Shown here: positions 49,145-58,260 of the stretch, piece after piece
How the letters are laid out: each line of letters starts with the position of its first letter
Position numbering within the stretch: position 1 is the first letter of the stretch
Assembly: GCA_026397015.1 (NCBI GenBank)
Contig: JAPLVR010000004.1
Coordinates: forward strand, 6,126 to 70,125
DNA from: Candidatus Iainarchaeum sp.
GTDB lineage: Archaea; Iainarchaeota; Iainarchaeia; Iainarchaeales; JAAZKV01
Direction: 5' to 3'
Length of the DNA stretch: 64,000 bases
Position numbers and translations under genes: made by a program
Notes under the pieces: model-generated
What the model was told of the DNA's origin: nothing
What the model saw: the letters and a program-made list of their open reading frames with translations, nothing else
Database searches by the model: none

Positions 49145-49447
49145 TTATTTTTGAAGTCTGATTATTGATTTTATGAGCGCCTCGACTATTGCAACTATGC
49201 CGGCGCTCGCAAGGAAAGTGTAGATTATCTCATCCCCTATGCTGGTGAACGCCAGGGCGCCACCCGCAAATGCCCCTATTGCAACGGTGGTGAAGAATTT
49301 GTCTATTGAAAATTTTTCCCTCGTTCCGTCCTCCGATTTTTTTGTGCACGCTTGAAAGTACCCGGCGGTCGCGACCGAGAGCCCACCGAGAATCCCGAGC
49401 TCGATTTCTATCGGCAATCCCATCAAAGCCATAAGCATCAATTCCAA
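49145..49447 (-). CDS. Small multi-TM membrane protein (holin-like size and topology)
   Basis: Three hydrophobic segments in 100 aa. Confidence 0.6.
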   Translation of the reverse strand: MELMLMALMGLPIEIELGILGGLSVATAGYFQACTKKSEDGTREKFSIDKFFTTVAIGAFAGGALAFTSIGDEIIYTFLASAGIVAIVEALIKSIIRLQK

Positions 49448-49504
49448 GTAACATTGAATCGTTCAGTGTTTTTATTGTTATTTGTCTCGCCAGTTTGTCC
49501 TATT

Positions 49505-49915
49505 TCACAGGGAACTGAGAAGTAACAGGGTTCCAAATGAAATGAGCGCTGAAAAAACCCATATGGAAAAAGCCTTTGACAGGTCGATACGGTAAATAAA
49601 TTTGATAAGAATGAGCCTTATGAAGATTGCAAGCAGGCCTGCAAGGAAAAAAAATTCCAGAGAAACCAAAAAGAGCCCCGCGACAACAGGGCCCAAAATA
49701 TGGCCGAGCGCCAGCGCAGAAATCGTTACAATCGTTGCATTGAGCAGCGTCGCGCCCTTCACCCGCGCAAAGCCTGTGCTGTAATAAAGCACAATGGTGT
49801 CGATTATGAAATTTATTACTGGCCCAAATTCTGCCATAACCATATTATTTCTTTGCTGTTTAAATAGCTGACGCTTTTCAATAAAATTAATTGATGAAGA
49901 TTTGTTGGGCGCCAT
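49505..49915 (-). CDS. Membrane hypothetical protein
   Basis: Four hydrophobic segments; GGAGG RBS. Confidence 0.6.
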   Translation of the reverse strand: MAPNKSSSINFIEKRQLFKQQRNNMVMAEFGPVINFIIDTIVLYYSTGFARVKGATLLNATIVTISALALGHILGPVVAGLFLVSLEFFFLAGLLAIFIRLILIKFIYRIDLSKAFSIWVFSALISFGTLLLLSSL

Positions 49916-49945
49916 ATCCTCCGGCGAAGTGCTTATTCTGGGAAA

Positions 49946-50088
49946 GGAATTTGTCGGTCTTTACGAGTAGGGAGTTGTTTGAGAGGCAGCTCTATTTCGT
50001 GCAGATACTAAAATTCCGCGGCGACATAACCTCCACTTTGAAGTGGCTTGGCTAGCAGTAGGAAATGACCCACATCGGAAGGCCGATG
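49946..50088. ncRNA. Candidate structured intergenic element
   Basis: Several complementary segments (GGAATTT/AAATTCC, long bulged hairpin 49963-50000, CCACT/AGTGG, CATCGG/CCGATG). Confidence 0.3.
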
Positions 50089-50150
50089 GAATACGCTTCA
50101 GGGCATGAAAACAGATAAAATTTCCGATGAATTTATTTTTTGCAAGGTTT

Positions 50151-50522
50151 TTACGAGTATTTTTCGTAGAATTTTTTGTAGTCCCTCTTAATATTCTCCA
50201 CAAATTTTGGGAGTTTCGCATCAGGCACTTTGCGTTTTTTTCCAACCATTTTCAGAAGAAGGTCAATTCTCGCGTTGTCGGGTTCCATTCCAGTTTCAAA
50301 AATTGTTAGGCATATGCTTTTTAGTTTCTTTTTTACAAACCTCTTTTTTGTGGGCATTTTTCCCTTCCGCTTGGCCCTTATACCCTTGAAAATGGCCCGC
50401 AGGTTTGATTCGGGGGGACTCAGAGCGCTTTCTCCCAAGACCGTTCCCAGAAAGAGCCCCTTTCGGGCCATAATTATTTTGTGGCGGCGTATTCTTTCAG
50501 CATGAGGAGCCATATCAACCAA
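50151..50522 (-). CDS. Basic hypothetical protein
   Basis: 123 aa, K/R-rich, own TATA upstream. Confidence 0.55.
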   Translation of the reverse strand: MVDMAPHAERIRRHKIIMARKGLFLGTVLGESALSPPESNLRAIFKGIRAKRKGKMPTKKRFVKKKLKSICLTIFETGMEPDNARIDLLLKMVGKKRKVPDAKLPKFVENIKRDYKKFYEKYS

Positions 50523-50572
50523 TAAATATGTTCGGAAAAATTCATATTTATATGTTCCCGCCCGGTGCGATG

Positions 50573-51220
50573 CTATTTTGCCATCTGCGGTTCTTTTAAC
50601 ATATCCATGACACGCGTTTTAAAACCGACTTTTTCGGCAATCTTCAGCACCCTTCTATCGTATTCCCTTTGTATCTTCGCCCTTTCAGTTTCCGGAGCTG
50701 ACTTGTATTTTTCTATCAGCGGATTAAGGGTCATCCACATTACAACGAGCCTCATTTTGCCCATCTCAACATCAAGAGGTTTTTTCCTTTTGATGTTGAA
50801 AAAAAATCTTTTGGTTTCACTGCCTTCCCCCATCCGGGTCACAACAAAATTTTCAATTCCATAATGCTTCTGCAGGTTGAAGAAAAAAGCAGGGTCTTCG
50901 GTTCCCAAAGGGTTCATGGGGAATGTTTTGCCCTTGCGCGGATGCGTGTGGATGTAGATTGTCTTTTTCGCGCCTCCCACGATTTTGGCAATTTTTTTTA
51001 TGTCCGCGCCCGAAGCGTAAGGAAGGCGTGCCCTTGATACCATTATCGGTGCCTTTCCCCGCGGTTTTAAAAATGCGATTTCATAGTCAAAATTTTTTTT
51101 GTCCGGCCACACCACGTGCAAATGCCTTCCAATGCCAGTGTTGCTTTTCGCCGCCCCCTCAATGTAAGAACGCACTGGCTTTTTCGGCTTCCGCCCCGCC
51201 CTTGTTGCAACTGCCCGCAT
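50573..51220 (-). CDS. JAB/MPN-like domain protein with a basic leader
   Basis: YEIAF...YIHTHP...GTED resembles JAMM E...HxH...SxxD with Ser replaced. Confidence 0.55.
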   Translation of the reverse strand: MRAVATRAGRKPKKPVRSYIEGAAKSNTGIGRHLHVVWPDKKNFDYEIAFLKPRGKAPIMVSRARLPYASGADIKKIAKIVGGAKKTIYIHTHPRKGKTFPMNPLGTEDPAFFFNLQKHYGIENFVVTRMGEGSETKRFFFNIKRKKPLDVEMGKMRLVVMWMTLNPLIEKYKSAPETERAKIQREYDRRVLKIAEKVGFKTRVMDMLKEPQMAK

Positions 51221-51322
51221 AAACAATTATGCCATCCGGCTGTTTTTATTCCTTTGCCTATGGGTTGGGGCGGAAAAAGAGGCATAGTTAAGTTTATTAA
51301 TTTCGGCAAACCCAACTTTCAA

Positions 51323-51925
51323 ATGCCGATAAGAATCATTGCGGGAAGAACAAAATTCGGGAGGAAAAAAGAGTGCACCATACCGGTTTTGCTTTACGGG
51401 CCGAGAGGCGAACACATTCCAGAATATGCGCTGGAAAACAGTTACCGCGATTTGATGAGAGCTAAGCTTTTCAGCGCGTCGGGGAAGGAAATCGGCGGCA
51501 GAAATGCAGGGGCAACAATTCTTGCGCCCAACGGAAAACCTGTTAATCAGTTAATTTTGGAAAGGTATTCCAGGGCGGAGCTGGCGAAAGCGCTTGCAAA
51601 AATGAAAAGAGAAACCAGGGGCATGAAAAGGGAAACACTCAAAATTGCCGGCAGAGCCCTTTCAGGGCTCTTAAGGCTTGGAAAAGGAGAGGAAGAGAAA
51701 GCAATCAAAATTCTGGTGAATAATTCTTTTTTTAGAACTGCAATGCTTGAAGGCAAACTCGATATTCCGTTCAATTCGCGAATTTCGGTAATAAAAAGTT
51801 TTGCAGAAGACTATTTTTTCGATGTTGTGAAAAAAGATTCGGCTGAAAGGAAAATTTTGTTAAAAATCGGCGGCAGCGAGCTGCTGAGGAAGAAAAGCGA
51901 TTTGATCATCCCTGGAAAAAAATGA
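51323..51925 (+). CDS. Basic hypothetical protein
   Basis: In-frame ATG ~30 nt after TTTATTAA; MPIRIIAGRTKFGRKK. Confidence 0.6.
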   Translation: MPIRIIAGRTKFGRKKECTIPVLLYGPRGEHIPEYALENSYRDLMRAKLFSASGKEIGGRNAGATILAPNGKPVNQLILERYSRAELAKALAKMKRETRGMKRETLKIAGRALSGLLRLGKGEEEKAIKILVNNSFFRTAMLEGKLDIPFNSRISVIKSFAEDYFFDVVKKDSAERKILLKIGGSELLRKKSDLIIPGKK

Positions 51926-51988
51926 TTAGGCTCGATGAAATGAAAAAAAATCTCTTCACCTCGCAAACAAAGCAGCTGTAAAAAAGCA

Positions 51989-52795
51989 TTAGAAATCCAT
52001 GCATTGCGAAATATTGTTCCTGTACTTCAGCGGCGCGTTGAATTTTTCGCCAAGCGCAAGATATTCTTTTTTGATTTCACCGATTGGAGGGACATTTTTT
52101 CCCTTCAATGAATCAAAAATGGCGGGATTTTTTATGGCAGCCCTTCCAATCATTACCCCGCCGACGCCAATTTTCCTCATCAACTCAATTTTTTCAGCCG
52201 AATCGATGTTCCCGTTCGCAATTATTGTTTTTCCAGTTTCAACGCATTCGGGCAGAACCGAGTAATCTGGTTCGTTTTCATTTGTCTGTTCCCCCGTTCT
52301 AACATGGACGACAAAAAAATCCGGCTCAACGGATTTTATCAGGTTGAGATAAACTTTGTGCCGTTTTTCAAATTCGTTCGTTCCCAGCCTTATTTTTACC
52401 GAAACAGGGTGGCCGAATTTTTGAACGATTGAAATGAGTCTTGCCGTTTTTGAAATTCTTTTAATCATTGCACAGCCCCGGCCCTGTCTTATCACATTCG
52501 GGCTTGAGCAGCTCAAATTTAAATTAAATCCCTTGAACCCTTCGAACGGCTTGAATTTTCCCAAAAACTTTTCGAGCTGGTCTTCCCTGCCCGCAAGAAG
52601 CTGAACCTGAACGGGCGTCGCATCTTTTATTTCAATTTTTGCCCATGTCGCCTTGTTGTTTCTGGCCAGCCCTTCGACGCGCCCCATTTCAGTAAAGGTC
52701 AGGTCCGCGCCGTGGCAATGGCAAAGAGTTCTGAAAGCATTATCGGAGTAGTCCTCCAAAGGCGCGAGCATGAATTGGAATTCTTTTTGATTCAT
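51989..52795 (-). CDS. dus: Second, compact tRNA-dihydrouridine synthase family protein
   Basis: LAPLEDYS, NLNLSC, SVKIRLG, VHVR, IANG, MIGRAA. Confidence 0.85.
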   Translation of the reverse strand: MNQKEFQFMLAPLEDYSDNAFRTLCHCHGADLTFTEMGRVEGLARNNKATWAKIEIKDATPVQVQLLAGREDQLEKFLGKFKPFEGFKGFNLNLSCSSPNVIRQGRGCAMIKRISKTARLISIVQKFGHPVSVKIRLGTNEFEKRHKVYLNLIKSVEPDFFVVHVRTGEQTNENEPDYSVLPECVETGKTIIANGNIDSAEKIELMRKIGVGGVMIGRAAIKNPAIFDSLKGKNVPPIGEIKKEYLALGEKFNAPLKYRNNISQCMDF

Positions 52796-52848
52796 AAATA
52801 GAGTGCGGGCTGCAAACCTTTAAATAGCTGTTAGGCAGAAATTCATTC

Positions 52849-53400
52849 ATGGGAGTTCCAAAAATTTTTGGCAAATCGGCCGGAAGAATGACGAGGGTGA
52901 AGCGCCGTGAAATTGCAGAGAAAGTTTCACAGGGCATCGCGCTGCAGGAATCAAGAAAGCTTCTCGCCGAAAAAGGAAAATATTCGTTGAATGAAATTAG
53001 AAAGGCATTTGTTGAAAAAGAACTTCCTGTTCGTGTAAGAATCGCGACAAAAATCGCTTTGGACAGGCTCGGAGTAAAATGGGGCATGGGAAAAAAAGGG
53101 GACATGGGAAAAAGGCAGCGTATATACGAAATAATGGATTGTTCGCTGAAACGGGAAGAGGCGAGAGAATTTTGGGGAAAGGAAGCGTACGGAGACCCTG
53201 CACAGGAAGAACTCGCACGCCAGTTGTTGAAAGAACTCGGCAGTTCTAGTGCGTTAAGAAAATTTAACAAGTATCAAGGAAGGGAATTGAGAAAATTTTT
53301 GCCGCTCACCAGCAGGTACATGGAAGTCGGCATAAAAAGGGCCAGCATCGAAAATTACATTCGCGCAATGAGGCTGCTTGGCTCAAAAGTGAAAAAATAA
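52849..53400 (+). CDS. Basic hypothetical protein
   Basis: 183 aa, TATA TTTAAATA ~30 nt upstream. Confidence 0.6.
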   Translation: MGVPKIFGKSAGRMTRVKRREIAEKVSQGIALQESRKLLAEKGKYSLNEIRKAFVEKELPVRVRIATKIALDRLGVKWGMGKKGDMGKRQRIYEIMDCSLKREEAREFWGKEAYGDPAQEELARQLLKELGSSSALRKFNKYQGRELRKFLPLTSRYMEVGIKRASIENYIRAMRLLGSKVKK

Positions 53401-53534
53401 AAAACGAAAAGATGAAAAAAATAAAAAGTGAAAATACGAGAAAAATAAAAGATGAAAAAAAGAAAAAACGAAAAAGGCAAAAAACAGGAAAAACAAAAAC
53501 GGCGCTTATTTTGTCAATTATTTTTTTGGTGCGA

Positions 53535-54452
53535 ATGATGGAAAAAATGGAATCACGGACGAAAGCAATTGATGTTGTTACATTCATGCTTAACACTCCG
53601 CTCGAAAGAAAAGGAATCTTTGAAGAACTGTCAAGGCTTGAAATACTAAAAGCAATAAGGGCGGAACTCAAGAGTCGTCCGAACGGACCGGTAATACTGA
53701 TTTTTCCGGAAGCGGCCCTCGGAATGAAGGCGATTTCAAGAATTGAAAGCAAGCGGTTTGTTTCGCGGATAAACAGGGTTCTTTCTGCACACGGGAACGC
53801 GTTTGTGTTTTTTTCAGTAATTGAAAAAATAAGCAGGGGAGGAAAGGCGCGACCCCGTGCCCTGGTAAATTATTCGATATCAAACACAGGTTACATAATA
53901 ACGCCTTCGAAAACAAAAAAATGGTTTGCATACCCGAAGCTCACGCAAAGGAAAAATTTTTCCTTAAAAAATATTTCAGGGTATGATTATAATGTGCTTC
54001 TTAGAAACGCCAGGCTGCCCTTGGGAGGGGGTGGGAAAGAAGAGATTTCAGAAATCATAAAAAAATGGGAAAGAAGGGCGCGCAGCATAAAGGGTTTTCC
54101 ACAGCTGAGAATAGGCGGCAAAGATGTTCAGTTGAGAGTCTGCTGTGATCTTACGCTCGCAGGCGATTCGCCCTCGCACAAGGCAGTGAATTCGAAAAGA
54201 AAAGCAGACCTCATAATCGTTCCTGCAAGAGGGTACATTGATGGATTGGTGCCCAGCAATGCCGCGCAAAAGTTTTCAGGCGCACTCAAAAAAAGGGGGG
54301 CAGTATTCATTTCCGATGAATCTTTTAGAAAAATTTCATACTATAAAAAGCCAGAAGGCAGCCCCCTGGGCCTGCTGAAAGGATTCAGGTTCGCAAAGAA
54401 GGGCCATGACCCTTTTACAAATCCGATTAGAAAGTTGCCAAGAAGAAGATAA
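53535..54452 (+). CDS. Carbon-nitrogen hydrolase (nitrilase superfamily)-like protein
   Basis: IFPE, YPK and VCCD give an E-K-C triad; GGTG RBS before ATG at 53535. Confidence 0.6.
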   Translation: MMEKMESRTKAIDVVTFMLNTPLERKGIFEELSRLEILKAIRAELKSRPNGPVILIFPEAALGMKAISRIESKRFVSRINRVLSAHGNAFVFFSVIEKISRGGKARPRALVNYSISNTGYIITPSKTKKWFAYPKLTQRKNFSLKNISGYDYNVLLRNARLPLGGGGKEEISEIIKKWERRARSIKGFPQLRIGGKDVQLRVCCDLTLAGDSPSHKAVNSKRKADLIIVPARGYIDGLVPSNAAQKFSGALKKRGAVFISDESFRKISYYKKPEGSPLGLLKGFRFAKKGHDPFTNPIRKLPRRR

Positions 54453-54475
54453 TTTTTTTGAATTCAAGCCTGTTT

Positions 54476-54509
54476 TTTTAAACGAAATGAAATTTTAAAC
54501 GAAATGAAA
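54476..54509 (+). repeat. 17-bp perfect tandem duplication
   Basis: TTTTAAACGAAATGAAA x2, including the stop of 54495..54755. Confidence 0.8.
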
Positions 54510-54755
54510 CCGTCTCGGCTTGGCTGCCAGGTAAGCGATCACAATTGGAACGCAGATTATTTTGAGCGCAAAAATCAGCGGCGCCTCAAATAAATCGGAA
54601 GTCGTTGGGAAAAGGAGCAGAATTATTCCCTCCAAAGGAAAGTCGAAGGATTGTGCCAGCGCACCGATGGCTGCGCCGGCGAGCCCGTAAACAACAGCGA
54701 TTATCAAAAAAAGTTCGAATACATCGTCCTCTTCTTCGCTTTCATTTTTTCCCAT
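54495..54755 (-). CDS. Small membrane protein
   Basis: Acidic N-terminus plus 2-3 hydrophobic helices. Confidence 0.6.
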   Translation of the reverse strand: MGKNESEEEDDVFELFLIIAVVYGLAGAAIGALAQSFDFPLEGIILLLFPTTSDLFEAPLIFALKIICVPIVIAYLAAKPRRFHFV

Positions 54756-54827
54756 AATGTAATTATGCGCGGAAGGAAAATAAAAAGCTTCTTATGCAAA
54801 AAACACTTATCTGCTACATAATTAATT

Positions 54828-55628
54828 CTATCTGCTTAAATCGAAAAGAAGGATTGTTTTTGATTTCGGGTGGTAATAGATGTTCTGCCCCGGAAAATCC
54901 TGTATTCCTTCCTTCATCAAATCGATGCGGATTCTCGCAGTCGCGGAAAAAAGCCTTTCCATTTCTTCCGCCGAACGGACTTTCCTCTTTAGCTTTTTTA
55001 GGTTGCTTAGCTGTATTACCTCACCTTCCCTGTAAAAGTCGGTGACGATATAGACACGCGGCTTTGCCTTTGATTTGTCCCCATTCGGGCGGTCGGTGGT
55101 GTATTTGAGCGAATCTTTCAGCATGGTTTCCCTGCTGTAAATCAGGTGGGGTTTTATCACCCTTACGGAAAATTTTCCGGCGCGGTGCTTTATTGTTTTC
55201 AGGTATTTTTCCGCAGTCTGGAAGCCGCGCAAAGTGTCCAGGCCGTTTTCAAAGTCGGTTATCTTTACGAAAAGTTCCTTCCCTCTCGCGCTCACCTTCA
55301 GCGTCAGCGCGAGCGAACCGCCTCTGTCCCTCCCGGTTGCGGCCCTTTTGACGGTTATGCCTTTTCTTGTTTTCTGCCTGCCGAACAAAAGCTCGTCGAA
55401 ATTCTTTTCAATCAGTTCCTTGGCGGTAAGCAAAATTCCCCTGTTCTTGCTGACAAATTTTTTCATTTCCGGCGAATAGGCGAGGAACCTTCCCCCCCTG
55501 TAAAAATCCTTTTTGCTAATTTTTAGCTCAAGCCCGTGCCTTCTTGTTATCCCAGATTTTGCCCTTCCGCTTCCCTTGAACATTTCGCTGAAAGCGCTGA
55601 AAAACCTGTTGACCCTTCTTGCAGCCAT
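54828..55628 (-). CDS. Atypical protein-kinase-like fold protein with a basic leader
   Basis: LFVKI, YIVTDF, QDFPGQN (DxxxxN), LLFDL in kinase order. Confidence 0.55.
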   Translation of the reverse strand: MAARRVNRFFSAFSEMFKGSGRAKSGITRRHGLELKISKKDFYRGGRFLAYSPEMKKFVSKNRGILLTAKELIEKNFDELLFGRQKTRKGITVKRAATGRDRGGSLALTLKVSARGKELFVKITDFENGLDTLRGFQTAEKYLKTIKHRAGKFSVRVIKPHLIYSRETMLKDSLKYTTDRPNGDKSKAKPRVYIVTDFYREGEVIQLSNLKKLKRKVRSAEEMERLFSATARIRIDLMKEGIQDFPGQNIYYHPKSKTILLFDLSR

Positions 55629-55653
55629 AACAAACCACTATGCGCACATGTAT

Positions 55654-56535
55654 TTATTGTTTTTCCTTTTCCGCCCGCCTTATCATTTCTTCATTTTTGC
55701 TCAGCTCGCCCAGAAGAAAGTCCAGATACCCTTCGTCGTAGTATTTCCTGTTATTCCCCACATATTTAATCAGAACAAGCCTCGCCGATTTCTCCCGCTT
55801 CAACGCATCAACCAGTTTTGCCGGCGCGGTTATTGTGACCCGCCTTCTTTCGTATGTAATTTTGTCAACTATTTCCAAATACTTCGCGCCTTCCAATCTC
55901 GCACCCGCGCTCTTAAGCTCGAACTCGTATTTCTCCCGTTCGGCTTCCAAAGCTTTTTTCAGTTCGTTTTTTTTGATTTTTAGTTCCCCCCTGTACCTCT
56001 GAATTAATCCCTTGAACATTCCTTCCGGTTCCCTTTCTTCCTTCATTTCAAATGCCTTGGCGGCAAGCTTTGAGCCGAGAAGCAGATGGGAGAGCATTTT
56101 CTTTTCCAACAGGATAAACCACTTTTCGTTTGAGTGTTTTCCCCGATCTTTTTGCAGGGCGTCATTCATGCGCCAGCCCTGGCGGTAGTGCTTGAGCGCC
56201 TTTTCACCCAGCCCTTCGGCCCTTCCAAAATTTTTTGCATCCGCAATCGCCAGCTGGATTGAAAGGAGCTCCGGAATGCCGCTCCTTTTTTTCAGTTCCT
56301 TAATTTTTTTCAGGGCCTTTTCTGCCGCATCAATTTGGCTCCGCAAACGGCTGACTTTTTCCAATGAAATTTTCGGATTGCCGTCCAGGTGCTCTCTTAA
56401 AAACAAAATATTCTTCTTTTTGTTCAGCAGCAGAAAAAGCCTCTGCTTATTATAATCAGGGGAATTATGGATTTTTCTCATCGCATCGTCGAGTTTTCTT
56501 ATTCTTTCGGCTCTGCTTGGAATTTTTCTCGGCAT
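55654..56535 (-). CDS. Basic helical hypothetical protein, paralog of 45498..46352
   Basis: Start MPRKIPSRAERIRK; shared motifs with the paralog. Confidence 0.7.
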   Translation of the reverse strand: MPRKIPSRAERIRKLDDAMRKIHNSPDYNKQRLFLLLNKKKNILFLREHLDGNPKISLEKVSRLRSQIDAAEKALKKIKELKKRSGIPELLSIQLAIADAKNFGRAEGLGEKALKHYRQGWRMNDALQKDRGKHSNEKWFILLEKKMLSHLLLGSKLAAKAFEMKEEREPEGMFKGLIQRYRGELKIKKNELKKALEAEREKYEFELKSAGARLEGAKYLEIVDKITYERRRVTITAPAKLVDALKREKSARLVLIKYVGNNRKYYDEGYLDFLLGELSKNEEMIRRAEKEKQ

Positions 56536-56673
56536 GCATAAATTAGCCTTGCCTTTCTTTATTAACTTTTGCCGCCGAAAGCATTCAAGAAATATCACAG
56601 TTTCTTGGACAGTTTTCAGAAGCGATATTGGTTGATGCGAGTGTATAAAAAGTTTTTGCGCGTGCTTATTTCC

Positions 56674-57171
56674 ATGGCGTTGCATTACGAGAAAAAGAAA
56701 ACTGATTTTGCCAGGCTGATTGGCTGCATAATTCTTTGTGAGATTGCCGGCGCCACCGGCTCGGTTTTTACCTTTCCGATGATAAATACGTGGTACTCAT
56801 CAATCAACAAGCCTTTCTTCAATCCGCCGAATTGGATTTTCGGCCCCGTCTGGACGGCGCTGTTTCTCCTGATGGGAATTTCGCTGTATCTGGTTTTGGA
56901 AAAAGGCCTGCAAAAAAAAGAGGTCAAGAAAGCGGCTTCTATTTTTGGAGTCCAGCTGCTGATGAACATTTTGTGGTCAGTGCTATTCTTCGGATTAATG
57001 AGTCCGTTTCTCGCATTCATCGAAATAATTTTTTTGTGGCTCGCAATCGCCTTCACGATAAAAAGCTTTTACCCGACTTCAAAAAAGGCCGCATGGCTTC
57101 TGGTTCCATACATCTGCTGGGTGTCTTTCGCACTGATTCTTAATTTTGCGGTATGGATGCTTAACCCTTAA
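56674..57171 (+). CDS. tspO: TspO/MBR tryptophan-rich sensory protein
   Basis: WYSSINKPFFNPPNWIFGPVWT, QLLMNILWS.LFFG, LLVPYICWVSFA..LN. Confidence 0.95.
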   Translation: MALHYEKKKTDFARLIGCIILCEIAGATGSVFTFPMINTWYSSINKPFFNPPNWIFGPVWTALFLLMGISLYLVLEKGLQKKEVKKAASIFGVQLLMNILWSVLFFGLMSPFLAFIEIIFLWLAIAFTIKSFYPTSKKAAWLLVPYICWVSFALILNFAVWMLNP

Positions 57172-57242
57172 GCCGAACAAGGCGGCATGATTTTTTTTGA
57201 GCATGAAAATTGATGCCCGCAAATGCCCCCCTTGCCCGCCTG

Positions 57243-57494
57243 TTAACTTGTGCCGCCGCCCTTTGCCAATACTTCCTTTTCCTTCCTGCTCAACTGCTTT
57301 ATTTGAAACTCTCTTTTCATCGCGCCGCTTTTTGTCCTGATTTTTTCAAAATAAATTATTTTCACCGGGAGCCTCGTCCGCGTGTACCTGCTCGCTTTTC
57401 CGCTGTTATGCGCCCGAAGCCGCTTTTTGAGGTTGCAGGTGTAACCGCAGTAGTAAGTGCGGTCGGCGCACCTCAAAAGATAAATCCAAAACAC
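57243..57494 (-). CDS. GIY-YIG nuclease family protein (YhbQ/UPF0213-like)
   Basis: IYLLRCADRTYYCGYT..L..RL..HN.GKASRYTR..LP, AMKRE.QIK. Confidence 0.9.
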   Translation of the reverse strand: MFWIYLLRCADRTYYCGYTCNLKKRLRAHNSGKASRYTRTRLPVKIIYFEKIRTKSGAMKREFQIKQLSRKEKEVLAKGGGTS

Positions 57495-57594
57495 AATCTA
57501 AGTAAGTCACCAGCATATTTATTATATTCGGTGAAACGGCGCCGCAATTAGCTTTATATATTTGAATTGAGTACTCACTAAATTGGCGGGCATT

Positions 57595-58104
57595 ATGGAT
57601 TATGAACCAAAATTTTCCCAATCTTCCTACATGATTCAAGACCTTAATCTGACCCCGCCTTCCGAAGAACCGGAAAAAATTTTTTTGCAGATAAAAAAGA
57701 TTCCTGCAGAAGACATAAACACCATTAAAAACGAGCTTATCGAACTGTTCAACATGGAAGTGAAAGCGAGAGACACATACTTTCAGGAACTGAGAAGGTT
57801 TGAAGGAATAATATTTGAAACAATAAAATGGCTATCTTACCAGGAAGCGAGGCATATACAAATAATTCAGGTGATTCTAAGCCGCGCTAACATAATGGTT
57901 AAGGAGCAAAAAACAATAGTGATCAAAATGAATCCCGACCAGAAGGAAATAATTAAGTATGACCTTGCGTTCGAAGACAACGCCGTAAATGCTTACAAAA
58001 ACGCTGCAGGCAAAACAAAAGGCGAACTAAAAAAAATACTTTCAATACTGATGGGTGAAGAAGTGGTTCATGTCGAAAGGCTGAAAGAGTACGCCAAAAA
58101 GTAA
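57595..58104 (+). CDS. Ferritin-like / rubrerythrin-family protein
   Basis: E..A...Y...EARH and ED.AV..Y...EEVVH di-iron motifs. Confidence 0.8.
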   Translation: MDYEPKFSQSSYMIQDLNLTPPSEEPEKIFLQIKKIPAEDINTIKNELIELFNMEVKARDTYFQELRRFEGIIFETIKWLSYQEARHIQIIQVILSRANIMVKEQKTIVIKMNPDQKEIIKYDLAFEDNAVNAYKNAAGKTKGELKKILSILMGEEVVHVERLKEYAKK

Positions 58105-58123
58105 AAGACGCGCTTGGGAAATA

Positions 58124-58143
58124 ACACAATTTCTTGGACATTT
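58124..58143 (+). repeat. 20-bp intergenic element, copy 2
   Basis: Exact copy, 19 nt after the ferritin-like stop. Confidence 0.85.
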
Positions 58144-58170
58144 CTTGCTGACATCATTATATTGACCAAA

Positions 58171-58260
58171 AAATAAAATTCCTTCAATCGAGGAACTGAA
58201 AAAAGAATACCTTGAACTGGCCCAAAAGTTTGATGCGCCAAAAAAGTGTGGGAAGAATTT
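58171..58260 (+). pseudogene. 3'-terminal remnant of a dus paralog
   Basis: KIPSIEELKKEYLELAQKFDAP vs Dus2 NVPPIGEIKKEYLALGEKFNAP; ~62/90 nt identical, ungapped, by hand. Confidence 0.7.

Noticed and set aside
50065-50090. SRP RNA helix 8 or RNase P RNA
   Set aside because: CGGAAGG is present, but the flanking CAGG/AGCA SRP motif and the RNase P GAGGAAAGUCC motif are missing.
57243-57494. GIY-YIG gene as a homing endonuclease or mobile intron
   Set aside because: An 83-aa stand-alone YhbQ-type domain without DNA-binding extensions, and it does not interrupt any gene.
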